The notes: a model not told the origin generated them from the sequence alone. Counted from the first letter of the stretch, positions 48,384-57,827 are shown. The stretch is DNA of 64,000 nucleotides from Phycisphaerae bacterium (GCA_050115495.1 JASFQK010000012.1:1-64000); one strand, 5' to 3'. Numbers and translations: made by a program.

Positions 48384-50126
48384 TCAGTCCTGCCTGGGCT
48401 TTGCCTGTCTGGCCACCGCCACGATCGCGTCGAGCTTCTCGCGAACTTCGGGATCAACTTCGTCCGGCGGAATCAGGGTGGCCAACTGGTGGTAGTCCCG
48501 CTTGCGCACGAGATTGGGCAAGCCCAGGCGATCGAAGTAGGTGGCAAACAGCGGATCGAGGAACGCGTCCGTGGCCTTGGTGTCCACCCACCAGGCATGC
48601 CCCGCGTCGCGCAGCGCGACCGGCGGCATCTGGTCGTGGATCAGGGTATCCATCAGCTTCACACGCTTGTCGGCTTCCGCCTGCCCAAAGAGATCATCAT
48701 CCAGATCATGCCGGGCGTACGCCCGGAGCACGCTGGGCAGGCACAGGTAGTTCTCAATCTCGCGACGCTTCCAGCTCAGTCCGGCGGCACCGAGGTCGTC
48801 CGGCAGGTCGCGCTCCAGACGATCGAACAGGGCGACGCCAACGAGGTCGCGCTTGGCCTCGCGCAAGCCGTGGAAGTGGCGTCGCACCGCATCGGGCTGG
48901 TTCCCGACATAGTGAACGAAGGGCTCCTTCAGAGAAGCTGCCGCCTCGTGTCCTAACGTCGCCGCAAAGGCTTGGAGGATCGCGAGATCGGTCGAGCCCT
49001 CCAGGTAGAGCACCCAGCCGGTCTGCTCGGCTTGGTAGTAGTGCTCGAAGCCGATTTCATTCAGCGCCTTCAGAACCTGTGAACTGCGGTCATCCAGGCG
49101 GTGCGGCCGACCGACGAAAGCTACCACGACGTCGCGCTCGGCGGCTTCGTTCAGCACAACCTCCGAGTGGCTGGCGGCGATGATCTGCGAGCCTTGCTTC
49201 TCTGCCGTTTCTTTGAGCAGGTTGTAGATCTGGCGCTGCCGCAGGATCTCCAGGTGCGCGTCCGGCTCGTCGAGCAGCAGCACGGTTCGCGGATTCGCGT
49301 ACAGGTGCGCCAGCAACAGCAACGTCTGCTGCAATCCGCGGCCGGAGGACGAGAGATCGAGGTGCGTGCCGTCACGCTCCTCGTAGGCCATCGTGATCTC
49401 ACCGCGCTCCACGCTGAATTCCGGCGACAGCAGCTCGACGCCGAACAGAGACCGTATCGCCTTGACCAGCGCCTGCCAGTCGTTCTGCGAGTCCGCTTGA
49501 GACTGGATCTGGTAGCAGAGGTTCCGCAGCACCTGGGCGGTCTGTCCCTCGCCGATCAAGACGTTGACCCGTCCCGGCTCCCACTTCGGCTCCACCGCCG
49601 CCAGCCCGGACATCGGCGGCAGAAAGGCGATGCGTACATCCCCTGCCGCTGGCGGCACGTTCATGCGCGTTACCGTCGACCCTTCCTCTTCGCGCAGCGG
49701 GCGACAGTAGAGCGACTCTTCGTTGGCGTAGTCAAACTCGATGCCACAGGACCAAGCGTGACCCTCGGTGACGCCGTCGACGATGACGTCGATCCGGATG
49801 TTCTCGGTCTTGGGCTTCTTTCTCCCGTTCGTTTCCACCTGCTCGACGTTACGCACGTGGAGGCCGCGCCACAGCAGGCTGGCGAGTGGCACGGGCAGCG
49901 CGATAAGGTCGCGGCGATTGATCGTGACGACGGGGCGTTTCTCCGGAGACGCTTTCCCCCCGCGTTTCTCCAGCCACCGGCGGACACCGATGTTCCATAG
50001 GGCGAGGGCCTGCAAGGCCGTGGTCTTGCCGGAGTTGTTCGGGCCGATGAGTACGGTGGCCGACCCGAGGTCGATGTCGATATCATCGAACCGCTTGAAG
50101 TTCCGGATGCGAAGCCGCGTCAGCAT
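48384..50126 (-). CDS. OLD-like ABC ATPase + TOPRIM-like domain (putative ATP-dependent endonuclease)
   Basis: LRIRNFKRF, GPNNSGKTT, SSGRG, LLLDEPDAHL, SHS; C-terminal YLEGSTD..FD..REIENY. Confidence 0.82.
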   Translation of the reverse strand: MLTRLRIRNFKRFDDIDIDLGSATVLIGPNNSGKTTALQALALWNIGVRRWLEKRGGKASPEKRPVVTINRRDLIALPVPLASLLWRGLHVRNVEQVETNGRKKPKTENIRIDVIVDGVTEGHAWSCGIEFDYANEESLYCRPLREEEGSTVTRMNVPPAAGDVRIAFLPPMSGLAAVEPKWEPGRVNVLIGEGQTAQVLRNLCYQIQSQADSQNDWQALVKAIRSLFGVELLSPEFSVERGEITMAYEERDGTHLDLSSSGRGLQQTLLLLAHLYANPRTVLLLDEPDAHLEILRQRQIYNLLKETAEKQGSQIIAASHSEVVLNEAAERDVVVAFVGRPHRLDDRSSQVLKALNEIGFEHYYQAEQTGWVLYLEGSTDLAILQAFAATLGHEAAASLKEPFVHYVGNQPDAVRRHFHGLREAKRDLVGVALFDRLERDLPDDLGAAGLSWKRREIENYLCLPSVLRAYARHDLDDDLFGQAEADKRVKLMDTLIHDQMPPVALRDAGHAWWVDTKATDAFLDPLFATYFDRLGLPNLVRKRDYHQLATLIPPDEVDPEVREKLDAIVAVARQAKPRQD

Positions 50127-50208
50127 GGCCCTAGTGTCGCCTGCCACCCAGACCATGGCAAGGCGCCCACGACGTCCCTTGGCCGGTCCGGTGTGGTAGC
50201 AGTCTCCC

Positions 50209-50237
50209 TTGACCCACCCGCCTCGATTCGGGATAGT
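50209..50237 (+). promoter_or_regulatory. Putative sigma70 promoter for the structured leader
   Basis: TTGACC-N17-GATAGT; predicted start falls at about 50243-50244. Confidence 0.45.
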
Positions 50238-50243
50238 AGAATT

Positions 50244-50365
50244 GGCGTACGAAGGACGCCGCCGGGCCTGCGGGAAGGATTGAATCCACCTTCGGGCGTG
50301 TTCGCTGTCACCTTCTTTTCCGCCCGCATGAGCAGGCCTCGGGCGTGATGGAAAGGAAGGTCCTC
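50244..50365 (+). ncRNA. Candidate cis-regulatory structured leader RNA
   Basis: GGCGT/ACGCC hairpin; GGCCTGC/GCAGGCC, TGCGGG/CCCGCA, GAAGG/CCTTC stems; alternative ACCTTCTTTTCC pairing with SD GGAAAGGAAGGT. Confidence 0.6.
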
Positions 50366-51607
50366 ATGCTCCGTTCACTTCCGCCGAAGCCAAACCTGCG
50401 ATTCCTCCAACTTCAGGTCAAGGGCCTGCTCCAGGCACAGCGCCACGCGAACGCCGCCGCCTGTCCCACGCTGCGTTTGCTCGACCGCTTCCGCAACGCC
50501 GGCGACGAGGAGATTCTCGGCGCCAAGGTCATGCTGCACGAGGCGCAGTTTGCGCTGGCCTTGTCGTACGGCTTCAAGAGCTGGCCCGATCTGCGCCGCC
50601 ATCTCCAGACGCTCGTCGAGGTTACGGACCATTCGCTCGACGCCGTCCACCTGGGCACGCCCGAGGAGATCCCCGAATACGCCGCCGCCGGCGTGCCGCT
50701 GGCCACGGTGGCCGCCCTGCACCGCGCGGGCGAGAACGTCGACTTCATCGACCTCGCCGCCGGCAGCGGCTGGGCGTTCAGTTTCGGCTATCGGTACGAC
50801 GATATCTCGCCCGCCTTCCTCGCCGTGCGCGGTCGGCCCGGACGGGACGGCCCGTTCGAGGTCTTCGCCTTCCTCCCCGAACGGCTGGGCTATCGGTACG
50901 AATCGGCCCGTACGCAGGTGCTCGACGAGCTCTGGCCGTTCGTCGTTCGCCACGTCGACGCCGGCACGCCGATCATCAGCGAGCGTCTCGACGGCGGCCT
51001 GATCACGGCCTATCGCGGCGACGGGCCGGACCGTGCCGTGCTCTTCGACGGGCCCGTGGGGGCGGGCTGGGTTCCCGTCGGCGAATTGCAGCCCTACGCC
51101 GTCTACGTGCTGCAGCGCGACGGCCAGCCGCAGCCGACCAGACAGATTGACGCCGAGGCCTTACGGCGAGCTGTTGCCAAGGCGGCGCCGCATACGTGGC
51201 GAGGCGTACCGCAGGGCTTGGCGGCGCTCGAGGCCTATCTGGTGGATGTGGCCGATCCGAACAAGGCCTTCGCGGAAACGCCGGAATGGTTCTGTTGGGC
51301 GGCGTTTGAGCGTCTGACGGCGCGCAAATGCTGCGCTTTGTGGCTCCGCCGACTGGCCGAGCGGTTCGGCGCCCCCGCCAGGAAGCCGCTCCGTGCCGCG
51401 GCCGACCACTACGCGGCGGCGTACGAGCAGTATGAGCAATATCGCCGGGCGGTCACGGCGGGCGAACCGACCCGCGAGGATCTACTCCACCGCGCCCGCA
51501 CTCCCGCGCGGATCGCCGCGATCCTCCCACTGCTGACGGCCGGCATCGAGGAAGAAACCCGGGGTCTGGAGCAGCTCCAGGCTGCCGCCGACCAGACCGC
51601 TGATTGA
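50366..51607 (+). CDS. Hypothetical protein: N-terminal LPxxPNL..YGFxSW domain + BtrH_N/C39-like C-terminal region
   Basis: LPPKPNLRFLQLQVKGLL...LHEAQFALALSYGFKSWPDL; SGWAFSFGY, VDAGTPII, GLAALEAY, LRAAADHY. Confidence 0.7.
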   Translation: MLRSLPPKPNLRFLQLQVKGLLQAQRHANAAACPTLRLLDRFRNAGDEEILGAKVMLHEAQFALALSYGFKSWPDLRRHLQTLVEVTDHSLDAVHLGTPEEIPEYAAAGVPLATVAALHRAGENVDFIDLAAGSGWAFSFGYRYDDISPAFLAVRGRPGRDGPFEVFAFLPERLGYRYESARTQVLDELWPFVVRHVDAGTPIISERLDGGLITAYRGDGPDRAVLFDGPVGAGWVPVGELQPYAVYVLQRDGQPQPTRQIDAEALRRAVAKAAPHTWRGVPQGLAALEAYLVDVADPNKAFAETPEWFCWAAFERLTARKCCALWLRRLAERFGAPARKPLRAAADHYAAAYEQYEQYRRAVTAGEPTREDLLHRARTPARIAAILPLLTAGIEEETRGLEQLQAAADQTAD

Positions 51608-51659
51608 GGTCAACGTCGCCTGCCGCGCGTATAATAGAAGGTGTAAAAGGGTTCTGTGC

Positions 51660-52091
51660 ATGCACCGCCATTGCGGGGAGAACGACACGCAGAATACCGG
51701 TCGGACGGCGGCGGCGCCATCGGTGCCACCTCCCGCGGCGCGGGAGATCCGCGTGTGGCGGTACATGCTCTGGGGTGCTGTCATCGGTATCCTGGCCGGC
51801 ATCGCCGAGGCCATGCTAACGGCGATCGGAGCAACCGACTTCTGGCGAACGGCCGAGCTGCACTGGTGCCAATTCGGGGGCTGCGTGTGGCCCTGGGGTG
51901 CCGTCGCCGGCTACATCCTCGCCCGACGCGCCCAGCGCCGCCGGGCCGACCGCGAAGCCGCCGGGCTCTGCCGGAACCGCGGCTACAACCTCACCGGCAA
52001 CGTTAGTGGGCGCTGTCCCGAGTGTGGCACCGCCTGCACGCTGCCGGGACAGTCCGCGTCGCCGGCGGACGCAGGGAAGGAGTGCCCTTGA
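51660..52091 (+). CDS. 2-TM membrane protein with C-terminal (degenerate) Zn ribbon
   Basis: CRNRGYNLTGNVSGRCPECG; TATAAT at 51630. Confidence 0.75.
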   Translation: MHRHCGENDTQNTGRTAAAPSVPPPAAREIRVWRYMLWGAVIGILAGIAEAMLTAIGATDFWRTAELHWCQFGGCVWPWGAVAGYILARRAQRRRADREAAGLCRNRGYNLTGNVSGRCPECGTACTLPGQSASPADAGKECP

Positions 52092-52594
52092 ACCGCACCC
52101 GGGCCTATCTCGAACTGCTGGGTTGGCTCGTTCTGGCCGTGCTGCTGGCGTGGTTCGGCACGGCCACCGTACGCGAGATCGTGCCGTACCTCGTGTGGAC
52201 ACCGCTGCACGTCCTGCCGTTTGCCGTGATCCTATTGGCGTCTTACCGGGCAGGCTCGAACCGGCTACCGACGTGGCCCGTAGTTACCTTCGGTCTGTTG
52301 TGCACGATCGGGTTTCTGCCGCTTCTGCTGCCGGATACACGGGGCCGGGCGGCGCTCGACGCGGGCATGGTGACCGTCTGGTTCTATGTCGCCCGCACCG
52401 CCACGTTCACGCTGTCGCTGCCCGTCATCTGTGCCTTTGTGGCGATACTCGGCCGCCGCCGCGCGCAGCGTAAGACCGGCCACTGCTCGCACTGCAGCTA
52501 CAACCTCACCGGCAACGCCAGCGGACGCTGTCCCGAGTGCGGCGAGGTCGTTTCGGTTCCTGATCAGCGCGGGAGAGATGCGCATGCCGGGTGA
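52088..52594 (+). CDS. 4-TM membrane protein with C-terminal Zn ribbon
   Basis: TTG start overlapping the previous stop, SD GGAAGGAG; CSHCSYNLTGNASGRCPECG. Confidence 0.8.
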   Translation: MNRTRAYLELLGWLVLAVLLAWFGTATVREIVPYLVWTPLHVLPFAVILLASYRAGSNRLPTWPVVTFGLLCTIGFLPLLLPDTRGRAALDAGMVTVWFYVARTATFTLSLPVICAFVAILGRRRAQRKTGHCSHCSYNLTGNASGRCPECGEVVSVPDQRGRDAHAG

Positions 52595-53273
52595 ATCCGC
52601 CGGCCCTGTCGAGCCCGCCGCCGTGCCGAGCGCAGAATCTGCGCCCCCTTCCCGTTGGCTCAGCGCCGGCGTTCGGCTGCTTGCCATTCTCGTCGCGGCG
52701 GCGGCAGCCCTGCTTTCCACAAACAACTGGTGTTTCGTCATCCTGCCGGCGGCCCTGGCGGCGATCGTCGTTGATTATGTCGTGAGCGGCATTCGCCCCT
52801 GGTCTGTTCTCCGCCTGATCGTCGCCGTCGCCGTGGGGCTGGCGGTCGGCCGGCTGCTCAGCGTCGGGCCGGACTGGGCCTTTCAGGAGGCCTTCGGCGT
52901 CGACGCCCCCGCCGGCGTTCGCGACGTGCATATCTTCCGGCACTACGTCGGCGGCCCCGGCGAGCACATCCTCATCATCGAGTTCACCGCCAACCCGGAC
53001 GTGGTGAAGGCCCTGTTGTCGCTGCACCCCGTGGTCACCAACAGCGAGACGGCCCAATCCTGGCATGCCGCCGGCGGCGGGTGGCCGCAGGCGTTCGACG
53101 ACTTCGCCGGACCGTGCCCGATGGGCTTCGCCCGCGCCGCGTGGCTGCGTATCCGCCCGTTGGCGGAACCGGAGGTCTTCGACTTCGGCGGTATCGAGGC
53201 CAGCGGCGGCCGGCTTGTTCTCTTTCACGAGCCGCACACCGATCGCTGTGTCGCCCTGCACGTGCGGTGGTGA
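52584..53273 (+). CDS. Hypothetical membrane protein
   Basis: Three N-terminal hydrophobic segments + soluble domain; overlaps the previous stop. Confidence 0.7.
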   Translation: MPGESAGPVEPAAVPSAESAPPSRWLSAGVRLLAILVAAAAALLSTNNWCFVILPAALAAIVVDYVVSGIRPWSVLRLIVAVAVGLAVGRLLSVGPDWAFQEAFGVDAPAGVRDVHIFRHYVGGPGEHILIIEFTANPDVVKALLSLHPVVTNSETAQSWHAAGGGWPQAFDDFAGPCPMGFARAAWLRIRPLAEPEVFDFGGIEASGGRLVLFHEPHTDRCVALHVRW

Positions 53274-53335
53274 GTGTGTTGCGGGCACCGAGCACGGCCC
53301 GCGACGGAAACGCCGGCCATGGAGCCCAGATCCGC

Positions 53336-54580
53336 ATGGCAGACGCTCAAGACAACTCGCCGACCCGCCACCGCCGTCGGGACGTCCTCCGCCGGCGGCC
53401 GTGGCTGTCCGCGGCCATTCTCGCCGGCGGCGCCATTGTCTACTGGCTGCTGTGCTGGCCAGCAGTCTCCGCCAGCGTCTTCACGCCCGTCGACCCCTTC
53501 TGGGGGTTCATGCGCTGGCTCTGGCCGATTCCCGTGCTGCTGTCGGCGATTTGCGAGAACCGGCGGTGGACCAGAACCTGGCAGCTTCTCCTGTACGCCC
53601 TCGCCGTCGGGTACGTGTTCCGGATAACGTTCCACAGCCCACTCTACCTGCTGTTGTACCGACCGACACTGGCAACGTGCATGCAGCGCACCGCTGTAGG
53701 CGGGGGCATCGTCTTCGCCGCCGCCTGGTGCCTGGAGCAGGTGGCCCAGTACTCGCTGCGCTTCGTTCGCGGATTCGAGACACAAGGTCTGTGCCAGCGC
53801 TGCGGCTACTGCATCCTGCACCTGCCCGAGCCACGCTGCCCGGAATGCGGCCGACCATTCGATCCAGAGCACGCCACCAGCGCTCTCACGTCCCGGGAGT
53901 CTGCCCGCCCGCGGCGGACGCAGATCGTCGCGATTGCCCTGATCCTCGCCGGCGCGAGCACACCGTTCGTGCTCCAGGCGATCTCCAATGGCGTGGCCGC
54001 GGCCCAAGGCCGGGCGGCGGCGAAGAACGACTGGGCTGCTGACTGTCCGCTCTTCCACATCGACAGAAGCGCCACCCCGTGGCTCACGAGCAACACGTAC
54101 GATGTGGACACGGGCATGCTCCTTCGCTCTTTCGGCGCGGGTTTGAGGACAAAGCCGTTCGAAGAGGCGTACCACGCCGCGATCCTGAAGCAGCTTGCCC
54201 GCTACGGCCCGCCCCCGCGACGGCCGGACGTGTTGGACCGCGAGCAAATCAAGGCGTTGCTGGCGTCGGGCCGCTTCGTTGACGTGTCTGAGGACCACTT
54301 CCACCTGAACAACGTGCTCATCACACGGTACTCGTTCGACCCGATGTGGCCGATCAAAGGACGCCCCGACGCTCCACCCGGGTGGTTCGAGATCGGCAGC
54401 TTCGGCTGCCCCGTCTCCTGCGCTTACTCGGACGACGCCAGCGGCGTGGCCTACCTGTTGCTCAAGGACACGTTGCTCGTGAGCTTCGCGCCAGATGGCA
54501 GCGTGCTCCAGCAAGTCGCGCTCGACCAGGACGGAGTCGCCGACCACCCCCCGATCTGGCCACCGCCGCCGGCTCCGTGA
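53336..54580 (+). CDS. Multi-TM membrane protein with internal Zn ribbon and C-terminal soluble domain
   Basis: CQRCGYCILHLPEPRCPECG between TM4 and TM5. Confidence 0.78.
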   Translation: MADAQDNSPTRHRRRDVLRRRPWLSAAILAGGAIVYWLLCWPAVSASVFTPVDPFWGFMRWLWPIPVLLSAICENRRWTRTWQLLLYALAVGYVFRITFHSPLYLLLYRPTLATCMQRTAVGGGIVFAAAWCLEQVAQYSLRFVRGFETQGLCQRCGYCILHLPEPRCPECGRPFDPEHATSALTSRESARPRRTQIVAIALILAGASTPFVLQAISNGVAAAQGRAAAKNDWAADCPLFHIDRSATPWLTSNTYDVDTGMLLRSFGAGLRTKPFEEAYHAAILKQLARYGPPPRRPDVLDREQIKALLASGRFVDVSEDHFHLNNVLITRYSFDPMWPIKGRPDAPPGWFEIGSFGCPVSCAYSDDASGVAYLLLKDTLLVSFAPDGSVLQQVALDQDGVADHPPIWPPPPAP

Positions 54581-54766
54581 CCACGCTTTCCTCGGCGTAC
54601 CGTCGCCTTGCACACCCGTGCTCGCCGCGCGTACGATGATGCTGAGGGAACGTGGCGGTGCGGCAGCGTGCCGCTCGTTCGGGGAGTATCATTTCGAGAG
54701 AGCTCCCCACGCCCAGCGCGGGCCGGACAGCGGCCAGCGCATGACACCAGTCGATCGAGGCGTTCC

Positions 54767-56230
54767 ATGTGGCCCATGCTCATCATTGTGCCCCCCCTGC
54801 TCGTCACCGCCGGCACCGGGCTGTGGCTGTTTCTCCGCGGCTGGCGGCAACGCACGGACACCGGCACGCTCTACTGCCGGACTTGCGGCTATAACCTCTC
54901 CGGCCTCGAAAGCCAGAAGTGCCCGGAGTGCGGTCGCGATATCCGCGACGGTGCCGTCTGGGGTCGGCGCTCGCCCCGCTACCGCCTGGTCATCCCCGGC
55001 GCCCTGCTGCTCATCATCGCCGTCGGCGTGCCGGTGGCCTGGATCGGTACCGGCATGCACCGCTACCGCTGGGTCCGCCTGGTGCCCACCGATTGGCTGA
55101 TCACCCGCTACGAAACGGCGCCGGTGGCGTACCCCGACAGCGTGCGCGAGCTCTATGGCCGGCTGCTCAGTGGCCGGCTCTCCGTCGAACAGCGGGAGCG
55201 GCTGGTCGGCGTCTGCCTCGACAAGATCCTGCCGCGCACGCAGACGCCACCGACCGCCAGCGCGGCTCCCACCACGACGACCACTTCCGCGCCGGCGACC
55301 AGGTTGGACTCATTCACCTGGTGGATGTTCATGGGCGCGGTTGGTCCGGGCACACTGACCGCTGACCAGTGCCGCCGACTGCGCGAGGGCCTCTACAGCG
55401 AGATCTTCCTGGACGTTCGCCCGACGGCCCGTGTCGGCGAGCCGGTCCCGGTGCGCGTCGGCTACGAGCTGACCCCGCTCGGCATGCAGGCCCCGCACGC
55501 CGACGTCAATCTCGAGGCCAAGGATACCGTCATGGTCGGCGGCCAGGCCCAAACCGCCGACCTCTCCGTGCTCCCGTTCTTCCTGAGATCCACGGCGCCG
55601 TCCCGTGTCTCCGGCGAGATCCAGTTCGACCGCCCGGGCAGGCAGGAAGTACGCGTCGATCTGTGTGTCCGTTCGAGCCGCTCGCCGCTCGGCGGAGTCG
55701 TCTTCCCCGTCTCGGCCATGGTCGATGTCTTCCCCGCCGACAGCGACGCTGATCTGACGCTCGTCTCCTCGCCGGAGCTCGACGCCGCCATCCGCGAGAT
55801 CGTCCAGGTCGCCGACATCAGCCTTCGCCGAACCGGCTTCAGCTACGGCCAGACGGAGCGCTGGAAGGTCCCCGTACCCTGCTGCTTCGAGGTCTTCGCT
55901 CGCGTCGACGGGCAGGACTACCCGCTGATGTCTGTCGTCCTTCGCCCGGACGCTGAGGCCGATCACCCGTATCCCGACCCGCTGGGGTACATTCCCCCGC
56001 CGCTCGGCGATCGTGACACGGTCGATCTCGTCTTCAAGACGAACCCCGCCCTCGCTCGCCCGACGATCGACATCAGCACGCTATGGAACGGGGAGTTTGT
56101 GCAGGAAGGCGTCCCCCTACGCCACCGCCGGCAAACGACGTCGCAACCGGCGACGCAGCCCGAATCACAGCCTGAAGCGCAACCGGAATCACGGCCGGAC
56201 GCGCAGCCTGCGGCCGCCCCTGCGCCGTAG
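54767..56230 (+). CDS. Membrane protein with N-terminal Zn ribbon, large soluble domain and xQP tail
   Basis: TM-CRTCGYNLSGLESQKCPECG-TM; tail TTSQPATQPESQPEAQPESRPDAQP. Confidence 0.8.
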   Translation: MWPMLIIVPPLLVTAGTGLWLFLRGWRQRTDTGTLYCRTCGYNLSGLESQKCPECGRDIRDGAVWGRRSPRYRLVIPGALLLIIAVGVPVAWIGTGMHRYRWVRLVPTDWLITRYETAPVAYPDSVRELYGRLLSGRLSVEQRERLVGVCLDKILPRTQTPPTASAAPTTTTTSAPATRLDSFTWWMFMGAVGPGTLTADQCRRLREGLYSEIFLDVRPTARVGEPVPVRVGYELTPLGMQAPHADVNLEAKDTVMVGGQAQTADLSVLPFFLRSTAPSRVSGEIQFDRPGRQEVRVDLCVRSSRSPLGGVVFPVSAMVDVFPADSDADLTLVSSPELDAAIREIVQVADISLRRTGFSYGQTERWKVPVPCCFEVFARVDGQDYPLMSVVLRPDAEADHPYPDPLGYIPPPLGDRDTVDLVFKTNPALARPTIDISTLWNGEFVQEGVPLRHRRQTTSQPATQPESQPEAQPESRPDAQPAAAPAP

Positions 56231-56288
56231 CGCCGGCCCCCGTGGCTGGCGTCTTCGGCGCGTCTTGAGCCGTGGGCCGCGCGCCAGG

Positions 56289-56375
56289 GTGTGGCATGCC
56301 GAAGCGCAGCGCCGGCATGTCTTCGTCTCGCGTCAGGCAGAACATGCCGGCGCCTAAGGCTTCAGCATGCCACAC
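56289..56375. repeat. ~87-bp nested palindromic REP-like element, copy 2
   Basis: First 35 nt identical to 32351 onward; ends GCATGCCACAC; lies between convergent genes. Confidence 0.85.
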
Positions 56376-56411
56376 ACGGCGCTTTCTCCACAGCGCCGTA
56401 TTTGCTCTACA

Positions 56412-57827
56412 TCACATCGCCGCGTCGCCGAACAGCGCCTGGAACAGCGCGAAATCCTGAAGGTCCACGTCGTCGTCCGGCTCGGCGTCGAATGACGTGC
56501 AGCCGGGCGCGGTGAACGTCCCCGCCGGCCCGCTGTAGCATTCGACGAAGTAGTCCAGATCGTGGAGGTTCACCAGCCCGTCGCAGTTGCAGTCCATGGG
56601 TCCGCACGGCTCGATCATGATGTCCACGATGATGCCTTCGACAACGGTCAGGCTATACGGCAGCTCCGCCGGCAGGCGGTACCAACCGTCGTACGCTCCG
56701 CTCCACCCGAAGTTGATGTGGTAGTACCCGTTCGTGTTGTAGCCGTCGACGACAACGTTGTGCCCGGACGACCAGGTTGGGTCGACGATGGCCAGGTGTG
56801 CCGGGTAGGCGTCTATCATGTTCTGCATCATGCGCGGGTACGGCCCGACGGATTCCTGGTAGAGCAGCTCCGCCGCACCGCAGTTGAACTTCCCGTACGC
56901 ATCCTTCGCCTGGCTGACGCTGAACGTCCCCGAGGCACCGCTCGTGTACACCTGTCGGGCGGCCACGCCACAGGCGAAGATCAGCGCCGCCCGCTCCGTG
57001 CTGTCCGGTCCGTTGCCGTGATGGTACTTGTCGAACAGCGAGTCGAGGTACGTGTTCAGTTGCGGGAACGACGGGAAATCCTGCGCGGTGTGGTCATCAT
57101 CGATCCAGTAGTTCCGACCGGCATAGCTATGATAGTAATCATCCGTGTCGTCGAACTGCTTCCCGTTCAGCCGCGCGTGGTAGTTGACGATCTGCGCCAT
57201 GGCCACCGCCGGACAGCCGGCCACGCTGCGCGCATGACTGACCGGGTCCGTCGGGCACAGCGCGTTGTACGGCGAGCTCTGGTTCCACTGCGTCAGCACC
57301 CACCCACCCGTCGGCGTCGAGCCGGACGGCGGCCACTGCTCGAAGCCGCGGTCGCCCGTCGGCGAAACATCGAGTCCGGCCAGCCGCCGCCATTCCGCCT
57401 GGCGATCGGCGTTTGTCTCCGGCGTCAGAACGTCCAGGTGTCCGAGCCGCGAGCGCAGATCCAGCAGCAGCAAGCGGTGCAGCGGGTCGGCCGCTTCGCC
57501 ATCCGCCGGCACGGTGCCGGTGAACGAATACGCGATCACGGGCGGCAGCGCCATCGACGCCGGCACCATCACGTAGCCCTGCGGCGTGAGGTCGAAGTGG
57601 TAGTACAGAACCTGGTTATCGGTCGGATCGACGATCGCCCGGCCGTCGCCGACGGTGAACGTCCCCGGCGGCTGCGACCGGAGCATGTGTTTGGCCGCCA
57701 CGCGGGCGGCCGTCGCCAGATCGATCGAGCCGTCGTCCCGAGCCACGTCCGCCGCCGGCGATACGCCGACCAGCGTCAGGAACATGCTCACGACGACGAC
57801 GATCCGCACGCAGATTCTCGGTGTCAC
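56412..57827 (-). CDS. Peptidase C10 (streptopain/SpeB family) with Spi-like prodomain and dockerin-like C-terminus
   Basis: TQWNQSSPYNALCP, AGCPAVAMAQI, GHNVVVDGY, HINFGWSG; PPVIAYS prodomain; GTG start at 57827 after GGAGG. Confidence 0.92.
   Translation of the reverse strand: MTPRICVRIVVVVSMFLTLVGVSPAADVARDDGSIDLATAARVAAKHMLRSQPPGTFTVGDGRAIVDPTDNQVLYYHFDLTPQGYVMVPASMALPPVIAYSFTGTVPADGEAADPLHRLLLLDLRSRLGHLDVLTPETNADRQAEWRRLAGLDVSPTGDRGFEQWPPSGSTPTGGWVLTQWNQSSPYNALCPTDPVSHARSVAGCPAVAMAQIVNYHARLNGKQFDDTDDYYHSYAGRNYWIDDDHTAQDFPSFPQLNTYLDSLFDKYHHGNGPDSTERAALIFACGVAARQVYTSGASGTFSVSQAKDAYGKFNCGAAELLYQESVGPYPRMMQNMIDAYPAHLAIVDPTWSSGHNVVVDGYNTNGYYHINFGWSGAYDGWYRLPAELPYSLTVVEGIIVDIMIEPCGPMDCNCDGLVNLHDLDYFVECYSGPAGTFTAPGCTSFDAEPDDDVDLQDFALFQALFGDAAM

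Noticed and set aside
48384..51607. Retron/Gabija-type multi-gene system (OLD ATPase + ncRNA + neighbour)
   Set aside because: No RT or helicase; the RNA and its gene are transcribed away from the ATPase and the RNA pairs with its own gene's SD.
56135..56215. 12-bp tandem repeat as a contingency locus
   Set aside because: Degenerate in-frame xQP linker at the protein tail, not a perfect slippage-prone repeat.
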